Made by a program: the position numbers and the translations under genes | NCBI RefSeq assembly: GCF_009914755.1 | Contig: NC_060925.1 | Length of the DNA: 64,000 nt | Strand: one strand, 5' to 3' | Source: the human T2T-CHM13v2.0 reference genome, Homo sapiens | Shown here: positions 41,700-56,391 of the stretch, in pieces | Position numbering within the stretch: position 1 is the stretch's first letter | Layout of the letters: the number at the start of each line of letters is the position of its first letter | The notes under the pieces: generated by a model | What the model was told of the DNA's origin: nothing | The model's database searches: none | What the model saw: the letters and a program-made list of their open reading frames with translations, nothing else

Positions 41700-44010
41700 A
41701 AATTAATTGAGGTAATTACATACAATGAAATTTACTCCTTTTAAGCATATAGTTTGATGACCTTTGGCAATGCATACAGTTGCGTTATCACCGTAATAAT
41801 GAAGATATACAACATTTACCTCACCCCAAAAAGTTTCATCATGCCCTTTGCAGTCATGCTTTACCTTCCCCATCTCAGCCATTGGCAGCCACGAATCTAT
41901 TTCCTGATCCTATAGTTTTGCATTTTCTAGATAGTCATAGAAACAAAACCATACTGTATATAGTCTTTTGGGGTCAGTTTTCTTTCACTTGGCTTAGTGC
42001 TTTCAGATTCATCCATAATGTTGCATATATGAGAACTTCATTCCTTTTTATTGCTGAGTATTCATTTGCATTCTTATGCCACCATTTGTCCATTCTCTTG
42101 TTGATGGCCATTTGGGTTATTTCCAACTTAGAGCTATTTCAGATGAAACTGCTGTGGACATTCATGTACATATGTGGGGACATATATTTTTATTTTGGTT
42201 AAATACCTAGGAATGGGATTACTGTGTTATAAGGCAATGATATGTTTATAGCAAATAAGAAACTACACAACAGTTTTCTTCTTTTTCTTTTCTTTTCTGA
42301 GACAGACTCTAACTCTGTTGCCTAGCGTGGTGTGTGTGGCACGATCATGGCTCACTGCAACCTCAAACTCCTGGACTCAAGTGATCCTTCCGCCTCAGCC
42401 TCCTGAGTAGCTGGGACTGCAGGCATGCACCACCACACCCAGCTAATTTTATTTTATTTTTACTAGAGACAAGGTCTTACTATGTTGCCCTGGCTGGTCT
42501 CAAACTCCTGAGCTCAAGCAGTCCTCCCATCTCAGCCTCTGAAAGTGCTAGGATTACAGGCATGAGCCACTGCACCTGGCCCACGACTGTTGTTTGAAGG
42601 AGGTGTACCATTTGCATTCCCACGAGCAGCAGAGGAGAGTTCTCATTGTTCTGCATATTGAATACATTTTGGCTTGAATTCTACCTTATCTAATATCAGA
42701 GTCACAATTCCTGCTTTTATATTGATTTTTTTTTGACAGGACCATTTTCCTGGTATACCTTTGCCCATGGCTTTTAAAAAATTTTTTAAGAGTTAACAGA
42801 CTTTATTTTTAGAGCAGTTTTAGGTTCATAGAAAAATGGGCAAACAGTATAGAGAGATCCCATAAAACCTCCCCAGTTTGCCCTATTACTGACATCTTGC
42901 ATTAGTGTGCTACATTTCTTACAATTGATGAGCCAATATTGATACATCATTATTAACTATAATCTGTAATTTACATTAGTGTTCACTCTTTGTGTTGTAC
43001 ATTATGTGAGCATGGACAAATGTTTAATGACATGTTTCTACCATTATAGTATCACACCGAATAGTTTCACTGCCCTAAAAATTCTCTCTGCTCTGCCTTT
43101 TCAATCCTCCCCCTCCCCAGCCCCTTACAACACTGATCTTTTAACTGTCTCCATAGTTTTGCTTTTTCCAGAATGTCATTTAGTGGGAATCAAACAGTAT
43201 GTAGCCTTTTCAGATTGGCTTCTTTCACTTAACAATACACATTTAAGTTTCCTCCATGCCTTTTCATGGCTTGATAGCTCGTTTCATTTTAGCACTGAGT
43301 AATACTCTATTGTCTGGATGTACTATAGTTTATCCATTCACCTAGTGAAAGATATCCCAGTTGCTTCCAGTTTGGGCAATTACAGATAAAGCTGCTGCAA
43401 ACATTCATGGACAGGTTTTCGTGTGGACCCCATTTGGGTGAATACCAAAAGTGCAATTGCTAGATATATGGTAGGAGTATGTTTAGTTTTGTAAGAAATT
43501 GCCAAACTGTCCTCCAAGATGGCTGTACCGTTCTACATTGTCACCAGCAATGAATGACAGTGCTGTTGCTCCACATCTTCACCAGCATTTGGCGTTGTTA
43601 GTGTTTTGGATTTTTGCAATTCCAATAGGTGTGTTGTGGTATCTCGTTGCTTTAATTTGCAGTTCCCTAATGACATACGATGTGGAGAGTCTTTTCATAT
43701 CTTTGTCACCTGTATATTATCTTTGGTGAGGTGCCTGTTCAGATCTTTTGCCCATTTTTAAAGATGGGTTTTCGTTTCCTTGTTGTTGAGTTTTAAGAGT
43801 TTTTTTGTGTATTCTGGATACCATCTTTTATCAGATATGAGTAACTTTGCAAATATTTTCTCCCAGTCTGTTGCTTGTCTTTTCATTCTCTTAACAGTGT
43901 CTTTTACAGAGCAGAAGTTTTTAATTTTAATGAAGTCCAATTTATCAACCTTTTTTTTTGATTTGTGCTTTTTGTGATGCATCTAAGAAGTTGTTGGCAA
44001 ACCCAAAGTC
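41700..44010 (-). mobile_element. Cluster of old antisense L1 3' ends (L1MB/MC/ME-like)
   Basis: Motifs TTCATCCATAATGTTGCA, CAGATTGGCTTCTTTCACTT, GCAAATATTTTCTCCCAGTCTGT. Confidence 0.75.
42276..42582 (-). mobile_element. AluJ
   Basis: Diverged dimer. Confidence 0.88.
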
Positions 44011-44241
44011 ACCAAGGTCTTCTCTCATTACTTTAGTCTTTCTGGGTCACTTTTTTCTTCTGGTATTTCTTTCGAACAGCATGTATTGGGTCTTGCTGTG
44101 TGAGTTAAGCCCATTCACATTTAATTATATAACATATCTTTGGTCTCAATTCTCATATTAGTTTATCTTAGGTGTGTTGTATTTACTGTTTCTTTCTCTG
44201 TTGGATTCTTTTCTTTAAAAAAATTATCTTTCTATATTTAG

Positions 44242-44673
<432 letters not shown>

Positions 44674-45043
44674 TGATCTTATTCTACTTTCCTTTTTCAT
44701 TCTCTCCCATATTTTTTAGTCAATGATTTTATTCTATTTTCAATGATCTTCTTCTATGTTCATTCCAATTTTTCAATTTCATGTATTATTCTTTAATTAT
44801 AGAATATTACTATATTCTATAATTGTTCTTTGATTATATTTGATCAAATATTTGATTATATTGTTTTTATTATCAAATATTTGATTATATTGTTCTTTGA
44901 TTATATTTACTGTTATTGCTCTGTTCCAAACATTTTGGTTTTCCTCTTCAGGATCTCTGGATATATGTATATTGGATTTTCTGTGCCTATCTTTCATATT
45001 TGTTGCTTAGTCTTAAATCACTTAATCATTTTTTAATCCCTTC

Positions 45044-45303
45044 TTTTTTTTCTTCTTCTTTTTTTTTTTTTTTTTGGAGACAGGGTTTTGGTCTTGCTCT
45101 GTCATCCAGGCTAGAGTGAAGTGATGCAGTCACAGTTCACTGCAGCCTTTAACTCCTGGACTCAAGCGATCCTCCCACCTCAGCCTCCCAAGTAGCTGGG
45201 ACTACAGGTGTGTGCCACCACACCCAGCTAATTTTTTAATTTTTTATAGAGAGGGGTCTCCCTATGTTGCTCAGGCTGGTCTTGAACTCCTGGGCTTAAG
45301 TGA
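45044..45303 (-). mobile_element. AluJ, 5'-truncated
   Basis: Poly(T) plus body. Confidence 0.85.
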
Positions 45304-45565
45304 GTTTTATTATTGATTATTGTCCAGTGCTTTTGGGGACTATCCTAATTGTTCTTTCTGTGTTTATTAGGAAATTTAAATAAATTTTTAAAACTACATC
45401 CCCAAAGCCCCTTCCCAATGCCCTTTCATTTGTTTTATAAATTTCTATTTTTTCTCTTTCTTATATCCTTCCTTTTATTTGGGGAGATTTTCTCTGTTGT
45501 CCTTTTATTATCATCTTACACTGAAAACAGAGTTTATTCACTTTCAAATTATCTTATCTAGAGAC

Positions 45566-46155
45566 TTTTTTTTTTTTTCTGTCTCACTCTGTTGCCCAGG
45601 CTGGAGTGCAGTGGTATGATCTCGGCTCACTGCAACCTCCTTCTCCTGGGTTCAAGGGATTCTCCTGCCTCAGCCTCCTGAGTAGCTGAGATTACAGGTA
45701 TGTGCCACCATGCCTGGGCAATTTTTGTATTTTTAGTAGAGACAGGGTTTCACTATGTTGGCCAGACTGGTCTCGAACTCCTGGCCTCAAGTGAGCTACC
45801 TGCCTTGGCCTCCCAAAGTGCTGGGATTACAGGTGTGAGCCAGTGCACCTGGCCACAATTTTTTTTTTTTTTTTTTGAGACGGAGTCTCACTCCGTCGCC
45901 AGGCTAGAGTGCAGTGGCGCGATCTCAGCTCACTGCAATCTCTGACTCCCTGGCTGAAGCGATTCTCCTGCCTCAGCCTCCTGAGTAGCTGGGATTACAG
46001 GTGCGCACCACCACGCCTAGCTTATTTTTGTATTTTTAGTAGAGATGGGGTTTCACCATGTTGGCCAGGATGGTCTCGATCTCCTGACCTCGTGATCTGC
46101 CTGCCTCAGCCTCCCAAAGTGCTGGAATTACAGGCGTGAGCCACCACGCCCGGCC
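45566..46155 (-). mobile_element. Two tandem Alus (45566-45854 and 45859-46155)
   Basis: Two consecutive antisense dimers. Confidence 0.9.
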
Positions 46156-46478
46156 ATACCACAAATTTTTATAATATTAAATGCTTTTACTGTTTATTCA
46201 TAAACATTTTATACTTTATGACTTTTGCTTATGAATCATTTAGAAGTACAGTTTTTTGTTTGTTTGTTTTTTTAAAGACTCCAAATATCTTAGGATTTTT
46301 TTCTGGCTAACTTTATGAGAAATTCTAATTTTATTTCACTAATATCAAAGGGCATTGTATATGTGATAGTAACTCTTCAAGATTGGTTACAACTTTCCTT
46401 GTAAATGTGGTCAGTTTTGGTAATTGTTCTATGTGAGCTTGCAAATGATGTATATATTTTATATTGCTTAATTTTAGG

Positions 46479-46620
46479 GGCCGGGTACAGTGGCTTATGC
46501 CTGTAATCCCAGCACTTTGGGACGCTGAGGTAGGAGGACTGCTTGAGGCCATGAGTTTGAGACAAGCCTGGTCAACACAGTGAGATCCTGTCTCTATTAA
46601 AGAAAAGTAAAAAGAAAAAA
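46479..46620 (+). mobile_element. FLAM/Alu left monomer
   Basis: Monomer with A-rich tail. Confidence 0.85.
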
Positions 46621-47311
46621 CTTTAGGAATGTATATAGTTTTAACATATATATCATAAACTTACTAATTATATTTTTTAAGTCTTTGACTACCTTTCCCT
46701 CCCCTCCCCAAGTTTATTTAGTTTGAGAAAAATGTATTATAAAATCTACCACTATATTTATGGCTTTTGAAATTTCTTGTAGCAGTTCTATCAAATTTTG
46801 CTTATTATATTTTAAAGTTATGTTGTATCTTCTCATGAATTTTTCTCTTTTTTCTTCTTATACACTATCCTATAATATCAAATCTATGAAACGGTTTACC
46901 ACCAGTTATAATCTCCATTTTCCGAGTTAAAACACCAAAGCAATCTTCATATATTATGTATGTGTATATAATTTTGTGTCACAAATATTAGAAGGTAAAA
47001 TTGAGTTACAACTCTGGCTGAAGAAGAGGATCAGTGTTAAAACTAAGACTGACAATGTTAGAAAGTGAATTGGTATACTTCAGGAGGGGAAAGAATTTCT
47101 AAATGAAAGAATAGAGAGGCAGGGAAAAAAGTAGCTTTAGAAATAAGAAAAAGATGAAAGTTATGTTAATAGTCAGTAACGTGTAAATAATAGGATCTCA
47201 GAATTAAAAGTGACTTGTTTTTAAGCGAAGGATCATTTCTCATTCGTCTTTGTTTTTTAATCCTCAGAACCTACCAGAGTGTCAGTCCCTTCTTAGATAC
47301 TTAATAGATTA

Positions 47312-47616
<305 letters not shown>

Positions 47617-47861
47617 AATGGATTATTGCTGAAGTAAATAAAATTAAAGGTTTACAGTTTTTTGGAGTGACTGCTTAAGTGTCCCAGATGGGTTAAGTTA
47701 CCTTTTCTTTGTCACATTACTTTGTACAATTTAAAGGGAATTGAATTTTAGTTATTCTTTCTTTAAATAATTAGGACCCAGAAAATTGAATCCTACAACG
47801 GAACCCTGAGGTGAAAAGTTTGAATGATATTTTTTGTTCGAACTCTTGTTTTCTTTTTTAG

Positions 47862-47935
47862 ATTAAGTTAGAGTATGAAGGAACATTATTTACTGAGTGG
47901 AGTGTGCCAGAAACTTGTTTTGTGCTAAATAAAAG
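47862..47935 (+). CDS. CATSPERE: CATSPERE coding exon 3 (74 nt): IKLEYEGTLFTEWSVPETCFVLNK(S)
   Basis: Acceptor TTTTCTTTTTTAG|, donor AAG|GTAAGA; frame continuous. Confidence 0.92.
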
Positions 47936-48226
47936 GTAAGATTTATGCCATGAATATCAATGTATGTGTATATTTTTTAATTCATTCATATAATGTGAAC
48001 ATTGAGATTCAAGGCTGTGATTTAATATAAATTTTCTTTCATTAAGTAGATGTGAAAAGCAAGACAAAATCAGGTCGAATATAGTATAGAAGTAAAATAT
48101 TGCAAATATTTAAAAATATCTCTTATCAGCATACAATTGAAATTTTTAGGCTTAAAAAATAGTAAGGGAATTTTATTAATATCATATGCACCTATAATTA
48201 TTCTTTCTCATCTTTTTAAACACTAG

Positions 48227-48296
48227 CTCACCCACGACAGAATTGCGTTGTTCCTCACCTGGTGTTCACGCTATAAAACCAATTGTTACTGGCCCA
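48227..48296 (+). CDS. CATSPERE: CATSPERE coding exon 4 (70 nt): (S)SPTTELRCSSPGVHAIKPIVTGP
   Basis: Acceptor CACTAG|, donor CCA|GTAAGT; frame continuous. Confidence 0.92.
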
Positions 48297-49074
48297 GTAA
48301 GTTGTTTTAATGATATGTTATTAAATCTTGAATAATCATCCTGTTATCCTGTTACATTTTATTTTGCCTTTCTTTTGAGCTTTTCAATCTAATTTAACCT
48401 GTTTTAAATAGTATTAATTGTTAACTATAAACAAGCCCTATTTTAAAGTTATTGTATGTCAATTTTTAGATATATCTCATGTTAAATTCTAAATTATAAA
48501 ATTATATACAATTTTTATCTTAGTCTTTTTATTACTAAGTATGTTAAAGTTCATAGCCACCACCTTAATGATAATAGGACTCTCAGATTAGTGGGTCTCC
48601 TGTCATACACCCCTGTGACAATGCTGAGATTAAGAGTAATTTCTAGCAGATTTATTTTACTCCACTGCATTTTCTTCAACTGAAGAAAACATGAGAATGC
48701 AAATGAATTAGAATGAGGTTGAACGTCTCTAGTTTACCAAAAACACCCAAAGGCAAAGTAAAGCATTTTAATACACTGGCATTTTAGTAATTAGTAACAA
48801 AATACTGGCTACATACTGCACAGCTGATGTTCCCACACAAGTGTGCCTGAAGCTGCAGTTCTACAGATACCATGTCACCAATCCTGCCTTTACTTTGAGG
48901 CTTGTGACTTCTCTTTAATTAAAAAGCTTTATTGTCAAGGCACAAGTAGACAGAGCGATGTGGGAGAAGCCAGATGAATATTTATTCATTTTTCAATCCT
49001 TATGATGTGAAACATATTTGAATTTGTCTCTTTGAGTCTATGAGTATTTGCCAATTTCAAGAACACAATTCATG

Positions 49075-49379
<305 letters not shown>

Positions 49380-49410
49380 TTATGAGGAAGTAAGGGACTC
49401 CCTTTCCTTT

Positions 49411-49821
<411 letters not shown>

Positions 49822-50039
49822 TGAATTGTATTTCAGTGAGGAAGACAAATGTAATAAAAATGATAAAGATGGCAATATATAAATATTTAAATATATATTT
49901 AAATTCTATTCTGAACTTTATTCTGCTTCCTCTGATCGTGGATAAGTAACTTACTTCCTCTGTGACTTCTGTGGCTATATCCATATTTGCATTTGATTTA
50001 ATGTTAATATATCACAGTTTCTTTTGCATTTTCTTTTAG

Positions 50040-50107
50040 GATGAAGAAGAACGCTATTTATTTGTGGAAAGTTCTCATACTTGCTTTCTGTGGTACTATA
50101 GAGTTAG
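50040..50107 (+). CDS. CATSPERE: CATSPERE coding exon 5 (68 nt): DEEERYLFVESSHTCFLWYYRV(R)
   Basis: Acceptor TTTTCTTTTAG|, donor TAG|GTAAGT; frame continuous. Confidence 0.92.
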
Positions 50108-51317
50108 GTAAGTAATGCAGTACTGAATAGGTAATTATGCTTTTAAAGAGTATTTAGCTTCAACTTTTAATTAGCCACAAATAGATTATCTATATTACGG
50201 TTTCCATACAACTTTCATTCACCAACCAAGCTATTCTCAAATATACTGCTGAAGAAATACTGAAGAACAAACAGTAAAAATAAGAGCAACCACTATTTGA
50301 GCACATGCTGTGTCTACATGTTTGTGCTTTAATATAAATTCTTTCTTAATTTTTATAATAACCACACAAATGTAAGTCTTTATAGTTGTGGAAACATAAG
50401 CATGGATGGGTTAAACAATTTGGAAAAAGTACAAAGCTACTAAAAGATAGCATTGAGATTTGACCCTGGTTTTTCAATCCAGAGGGCTCTTCTATTATAT
50501 GCATTTCAAAAATACCTTCTTTGTATTGGATAGCTTTTCAAACTCATGACAAAATGAAGGTAGCTGAATATAAGGAGGGAAAAAGTGGTACATAACTACA
50601 TAATTAACTGCATAAAAATCATTCAATAAGTTAAAAAAGTATCAGTGATTCGGAATATGCTTTAGCATCATAGTCTCGGCAACATCCCAGGCACCGTGTA
50701 GGACATAAGGAACTGTAGTATGTGGATCCTGACCCCAAGATGCCTGGAAAATACTTATTTCTTTGTATCCACTTCACGTTTATTCCCTTGGGGAAACTAT
50801 TCCTCCGTATTCTGTGATAATATTGTTAATTTTGTGTGACGTATATGGTCTAACTACAAACCCACATTTCCTTGGTTACAGTTATTAGTTGAGGATTGGC
50901 ACATACACGATCCAGGCAGAACCAATCAGAATACTCATGTCTTCAGTAAAGCATGGTTGTTGCTGATAGTTTTATTGTCCTGGTCCACGTAGTCCCTTAA
51001 AGTCAGATGGTTCTGCAGTTTATGTGGAATTTTTGGATTGGACATCCTGAGCTAGATTGTAAGTCCTAATAATACCGAGGTTTCAGCAAGCCCCACCAGG
51101 AGTACACATTAACCCAGTCCTCTCTCACTCACTGCCACTTTCCCGGAGTCTTATTGAGAAGCAGGGAGGATTGAGTCTCTGCTACTCATGAAACCGGCAG
51201 GCTTCTGTCCTTGTTGGCACTTTCAGAAATCCCAGTCCCCAGCTTTTCCTCTATGGGTTCTGAACCAGTTGAGAAATGGACAACGGCAAATTTGGGGATA
51301 ACAAGTCCTGGTAGAGC

Positions 51318-51805
<488 letters not shown>

Positions 51806-51924
51806 TATTCCTGGTAGAGCTGAATTGTAAAAAAGGACCTGCCCCTTTGGCCAAATGGGCTACTTTCTCTTCTCCCAAGTAGAGCTCTTGGGAACCATCA
51901 GAGAAGATAATCTGTTGCCATAAG

Positions 51925-52240
51925 ACTGTATGTTTGTGTCCCACCCCATTTACCCCCAAATTTTTATGCTGAAACCTAATCCCCGATGTGATGGTATCTG
52001 AAGGTCACGCCTTTGGGAAGTGGTTAGGTCATGAGGGTACAGTCCTTATGAATGAGATTAGTGCTCGTACAAAAGAGAGCCCAAAGAGTTCCTTTTTCCC
52101 TTCCGCCATGCGAGGACCCAGTGAGAAGATAGCACCTTGATCTTTGGACTTTGCAGCCTCCAGAACTATGAGAAATAAAGGTTTGTTGTTAAAGCCACCC
52201 AGTCTATGGTATTTTTGTTATAGCAGCCCAAACTAGGACA
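51925..52240 (+). mobile_element. MLT1A-like MaLR LTR
   Basis: GAAACCTAATCCCC..TGTGATGGTAT..TAGGTCATGAGGGT; end CAGCCTCCAGAACTATGAGAAATAAA..TTGTTATAGCAGCCC. Confidence 0.8.
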
Positions 52241-52507
52241 TCTGCCAAGAAGCACTGAATGGGTTACCAATTTCATTTACACACATTAAGACCTAAGAGC
52301 TAGGGCTGAAAGAAGTGGGCCTCCAGGCTACCCTGATCTAGACATGTTTTCTCCATGTAAATAAGAACAGAAGGAAAAGCACCTATCCAGGGGGCAGGTT
52401 AGTCCAAAAGAGAGAACTCCGTAGGGGCTAAGAGTTTTTCTGTAATATATATTGTAAGAATTTTCAGTCTGTCACCTGTAAAAATATCAATTAAAGAATA
52501 ATAATGA

Positions 52508-52960
<453 letters not shown>

Positions 52961-53457
52961 TAATGGCTAGAAAGAGTACATAAAGAATAAAAAGGATAGT
53001 AATGAAATCAGTACCCACATATGCATTACCCAAATCAAGAAATAGAACATCACACCTCTTTATGCGCTACCAATCACATTCTATTCACCCTGCAAGAGTT
53101 AGACACTATCCTGGATATTGTTTTTTGTCTTTTTGTTATTTTATCCTAAATATTATATAATGAATGATTCCTTGCTTTTTTCTTTTAGTTTAGCGACTAT
53201 ATTTGATTATAATAAATTGTTTAGTTTTGTCAGTTCTTGAACATTGTTTAAATTGAATCATATGATAAGTATTCTTCCATGAGTTGCTTCTCTAAAAATT
53301 ATGTTTTTGAGACTTACCCATGTTTAAATAAGAATCTTTAGTTCCTTCATTGTGACTGCTCTATGGTATTTCATTGTATGACTCTGTTCATTCTGCTGAT
53401 GCATTTATTTGCAACTACAAATGATGCTGTGAATGATCCTGAATATACCTCATAGTA

Positions 53458-53625
53458 TCTTGCTACTTAAAATGTAATCTGAGGATCAGCAGCACTGACA
53501 TCACCTGGAAATTTATTAGAAGTGAAGAACGTCAGGCCTCATTCCAGACCTATGGGATAATAATATGCACTTTAAGAAGATTCTATAGTAATTTACATGT
53601 GCATTATAGTTGGAGAAGTAGTACT
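53458..53625. mobile_element. MER5A-like MITE inside old antisense L1 debris (about 53000-54800)
   Basis: CAGCAGCA..CATCACCTGGAAATTTATTAGAA..CAGGCCTCATTCCAGACCTA. Confidence 0.65.
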
Positions 53626-55424
53626 GATTTAATGCATATAAATGAAGGTTTCTCTAAGGTAGAGACCTAAAAGTACAATTGCCTAAAAGTAGGATGTGCA
53701 TTTGTTCAACTTTACTGGGTGATGCCTAAGTAACTTTTGAAAGATTGTCCAATTTTATATCCACACTAGTAGTACGTGAAAGTTTCCATTTTGCTATATC
53801 CTCACCAACACTTAAAATTGTCTGACTTTTTAATTTTTCCAGTCTACTAGGTACGAAATTATGTCATTGTATTTTTCTTTACATTTTACTGATTACTGAT
53901 GTGTTGAGTGTTTTTTATCTGTTCAGCAGGAATTTTTCTTCTCTTTCCTATTCAATAAGTATTTTAATCCACTTTTGAGTTATTTTTATTTTCATAATAA
54001 TTTACAGTATTTCATTATATGTCTTAATTACTACTCCATTATCACTTATATATGTATTGAAAGTATTCTGTCCCAGTTTATGTAGATTTTTACTTTCCAT
54101 GACTCCTATTGATCAGAGAGGTCTTTAGTATTGTGGATAAATTTATTAATCCTTTCCTTTGTGGGTTTATGCCTTTTAAAATCTATTTAAGAAATCTTTT
54201 CCTACTTTCAAGATCATAAGGATTTCTCCTATATTGTTTTCTAAAAGTTTTATATGTTTTTTTCTTCTAAAATTAGGTCTTTAATCCACCTGGAATCAGT
54301 TTTTGTACAAGCTTAGAATAGGAATTCACTTTATTTTTTCTACATGAATAATTAATTTTCTCATACTTATTTAATGCATAATCTATTTATCCAGAATATC
54401 TTCTCTTTCACATATCAATTTTCCATATATGCATGGGTGTTTCTCTGGGCTGGCTGTTCTGTTCAGCTGATCTATTTGTCCATACTTGAACAAAACTACA
54501 TTATCCTTATCACTATAACTGTATTTTTTAAATCTTAACAAGTGATAGTAGAAGTACCCACCCCACTCCAACTCTTCCCAACTTGATTTATACATTCAAT
54601 GCAATCCCAATCAAAATCCCAGCAAGTTATTTTATAAATATCAATAAACACATCCTAGACCGTATATGGAGAAGCAAAAGACTCCGAATAGCCAACACAA
54701 TATTGAAGAAGAGAAACACTGATAACACCCACTTCTGGTGAGGACATGAACCAGTAACAACTGTCTTTCATTACTGGTGGGAATGCAAAGTGATACAACC
54801 ATGTAGGCTTCAGATGAGCGGTCTTATGCATCTTCTGTTAAATTTATTTTAAAGTATTTTATGTTTTTGGTGCAATTGTAATTGGTGTTGCAAACTTTAG
54901 AATTAGTAGGAATTTTACCTCCAAATATTCCCTTCCCGGTTTATGGCTTACTCCTTACCATCATTTTGGTGCTTTCTAGTTGTTTGTTTATCCTTCATAT
55001 TGGACATTTTTCAGTCAATATTTATTTGGATTTATCCACAGACCTATCATTTCTTTGCTCAACAATGCTTATATTCTCAGACATGTTTTCTCATATTACC
55101 TTCTCTTCCTGAAGTATATCCTTTAACGGTTCCTTTAGGGAAGATTTCTTAGTGATTAAATTTCTCAGTATTCATGCCTCTGAAAATATCTTTATTTTAT
55201 CCTCACTCTGGAAAAGTCATTTCTCTGGGAATATGATTATAGGTTGCTTGCTGTTTTCTCTCAGTGCTTTAAAATTATTTTTTCTTGTGTCTAGCTTCGA
55301 CTTCAGTTGGTAAGTCGGCTGTCTTTCAAATGGTTTTTCCATTTTAGGTAATCTATATTTTCTCTGTGGTTGTTTTAAGATCTTGCCTTATCTTTGGTGT
55401 TTTACTATTGTATATTTCTTTTGA

Positions 55425-55804
<380 letters not shown>

Positions 55805-56011
55805 ATCTTTTTAAATATTCGTTCTCCCTTATTCTTTTTTTTTCTTTCTAGATTTTCTTAAGAGAAATGTATATCACCTTTTAATTCTGTCCTTCCTGAC
55901 TCTTAAAATCTTGTTAACTTTTTCCATCTTTCTGTCTCGTTGTGATTCATTCTTGGTTATTTTTTAAGTGTTTCATTCAGTTCACTAATTATCTCATTAT
56001 CCGTGTCTAAA

Positions 56012-56306
56012 TTTTGTTTTTTTTGTTTTTTTTTTTTTGAGATAGGATCTTGTCCTGTCACCCAGGCTGGAGTGCAGTAGTGCAATCATAGCTCACGTAA
56101 CCTCAAACTCTTGGTGTCAGGCACTCCTCCCACCTCTACCTCCTGAATACCTGGGACTACAGGCACACACCACTGTGCTCCATCTTTTTTTTTTTTCTTG
56201 TACAGACAGGGTTTCATTTTGTTGCCCAAGGTAGTCTCAAGCTGTTGGCCTCAAGCAATCCTCCTGCCTTGGCCTCCAAAAGCACTGGGAGCCACCACAC
56301 CAGGCC
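56012..56306 (-). mobile_element. AluJ
   Basis: Diverged dimer; TSD similar to TGT(G/A)TCTAAATTTTGT. Confidence 0.85.
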
Positions 56307-56391
56307 TGTATCTAAATTTTGTAATCCCTAAAATCCTTTTACCCAGAGGTAATTGCTATACTCTTCTGCCATTTCTGCATCATTACATCCA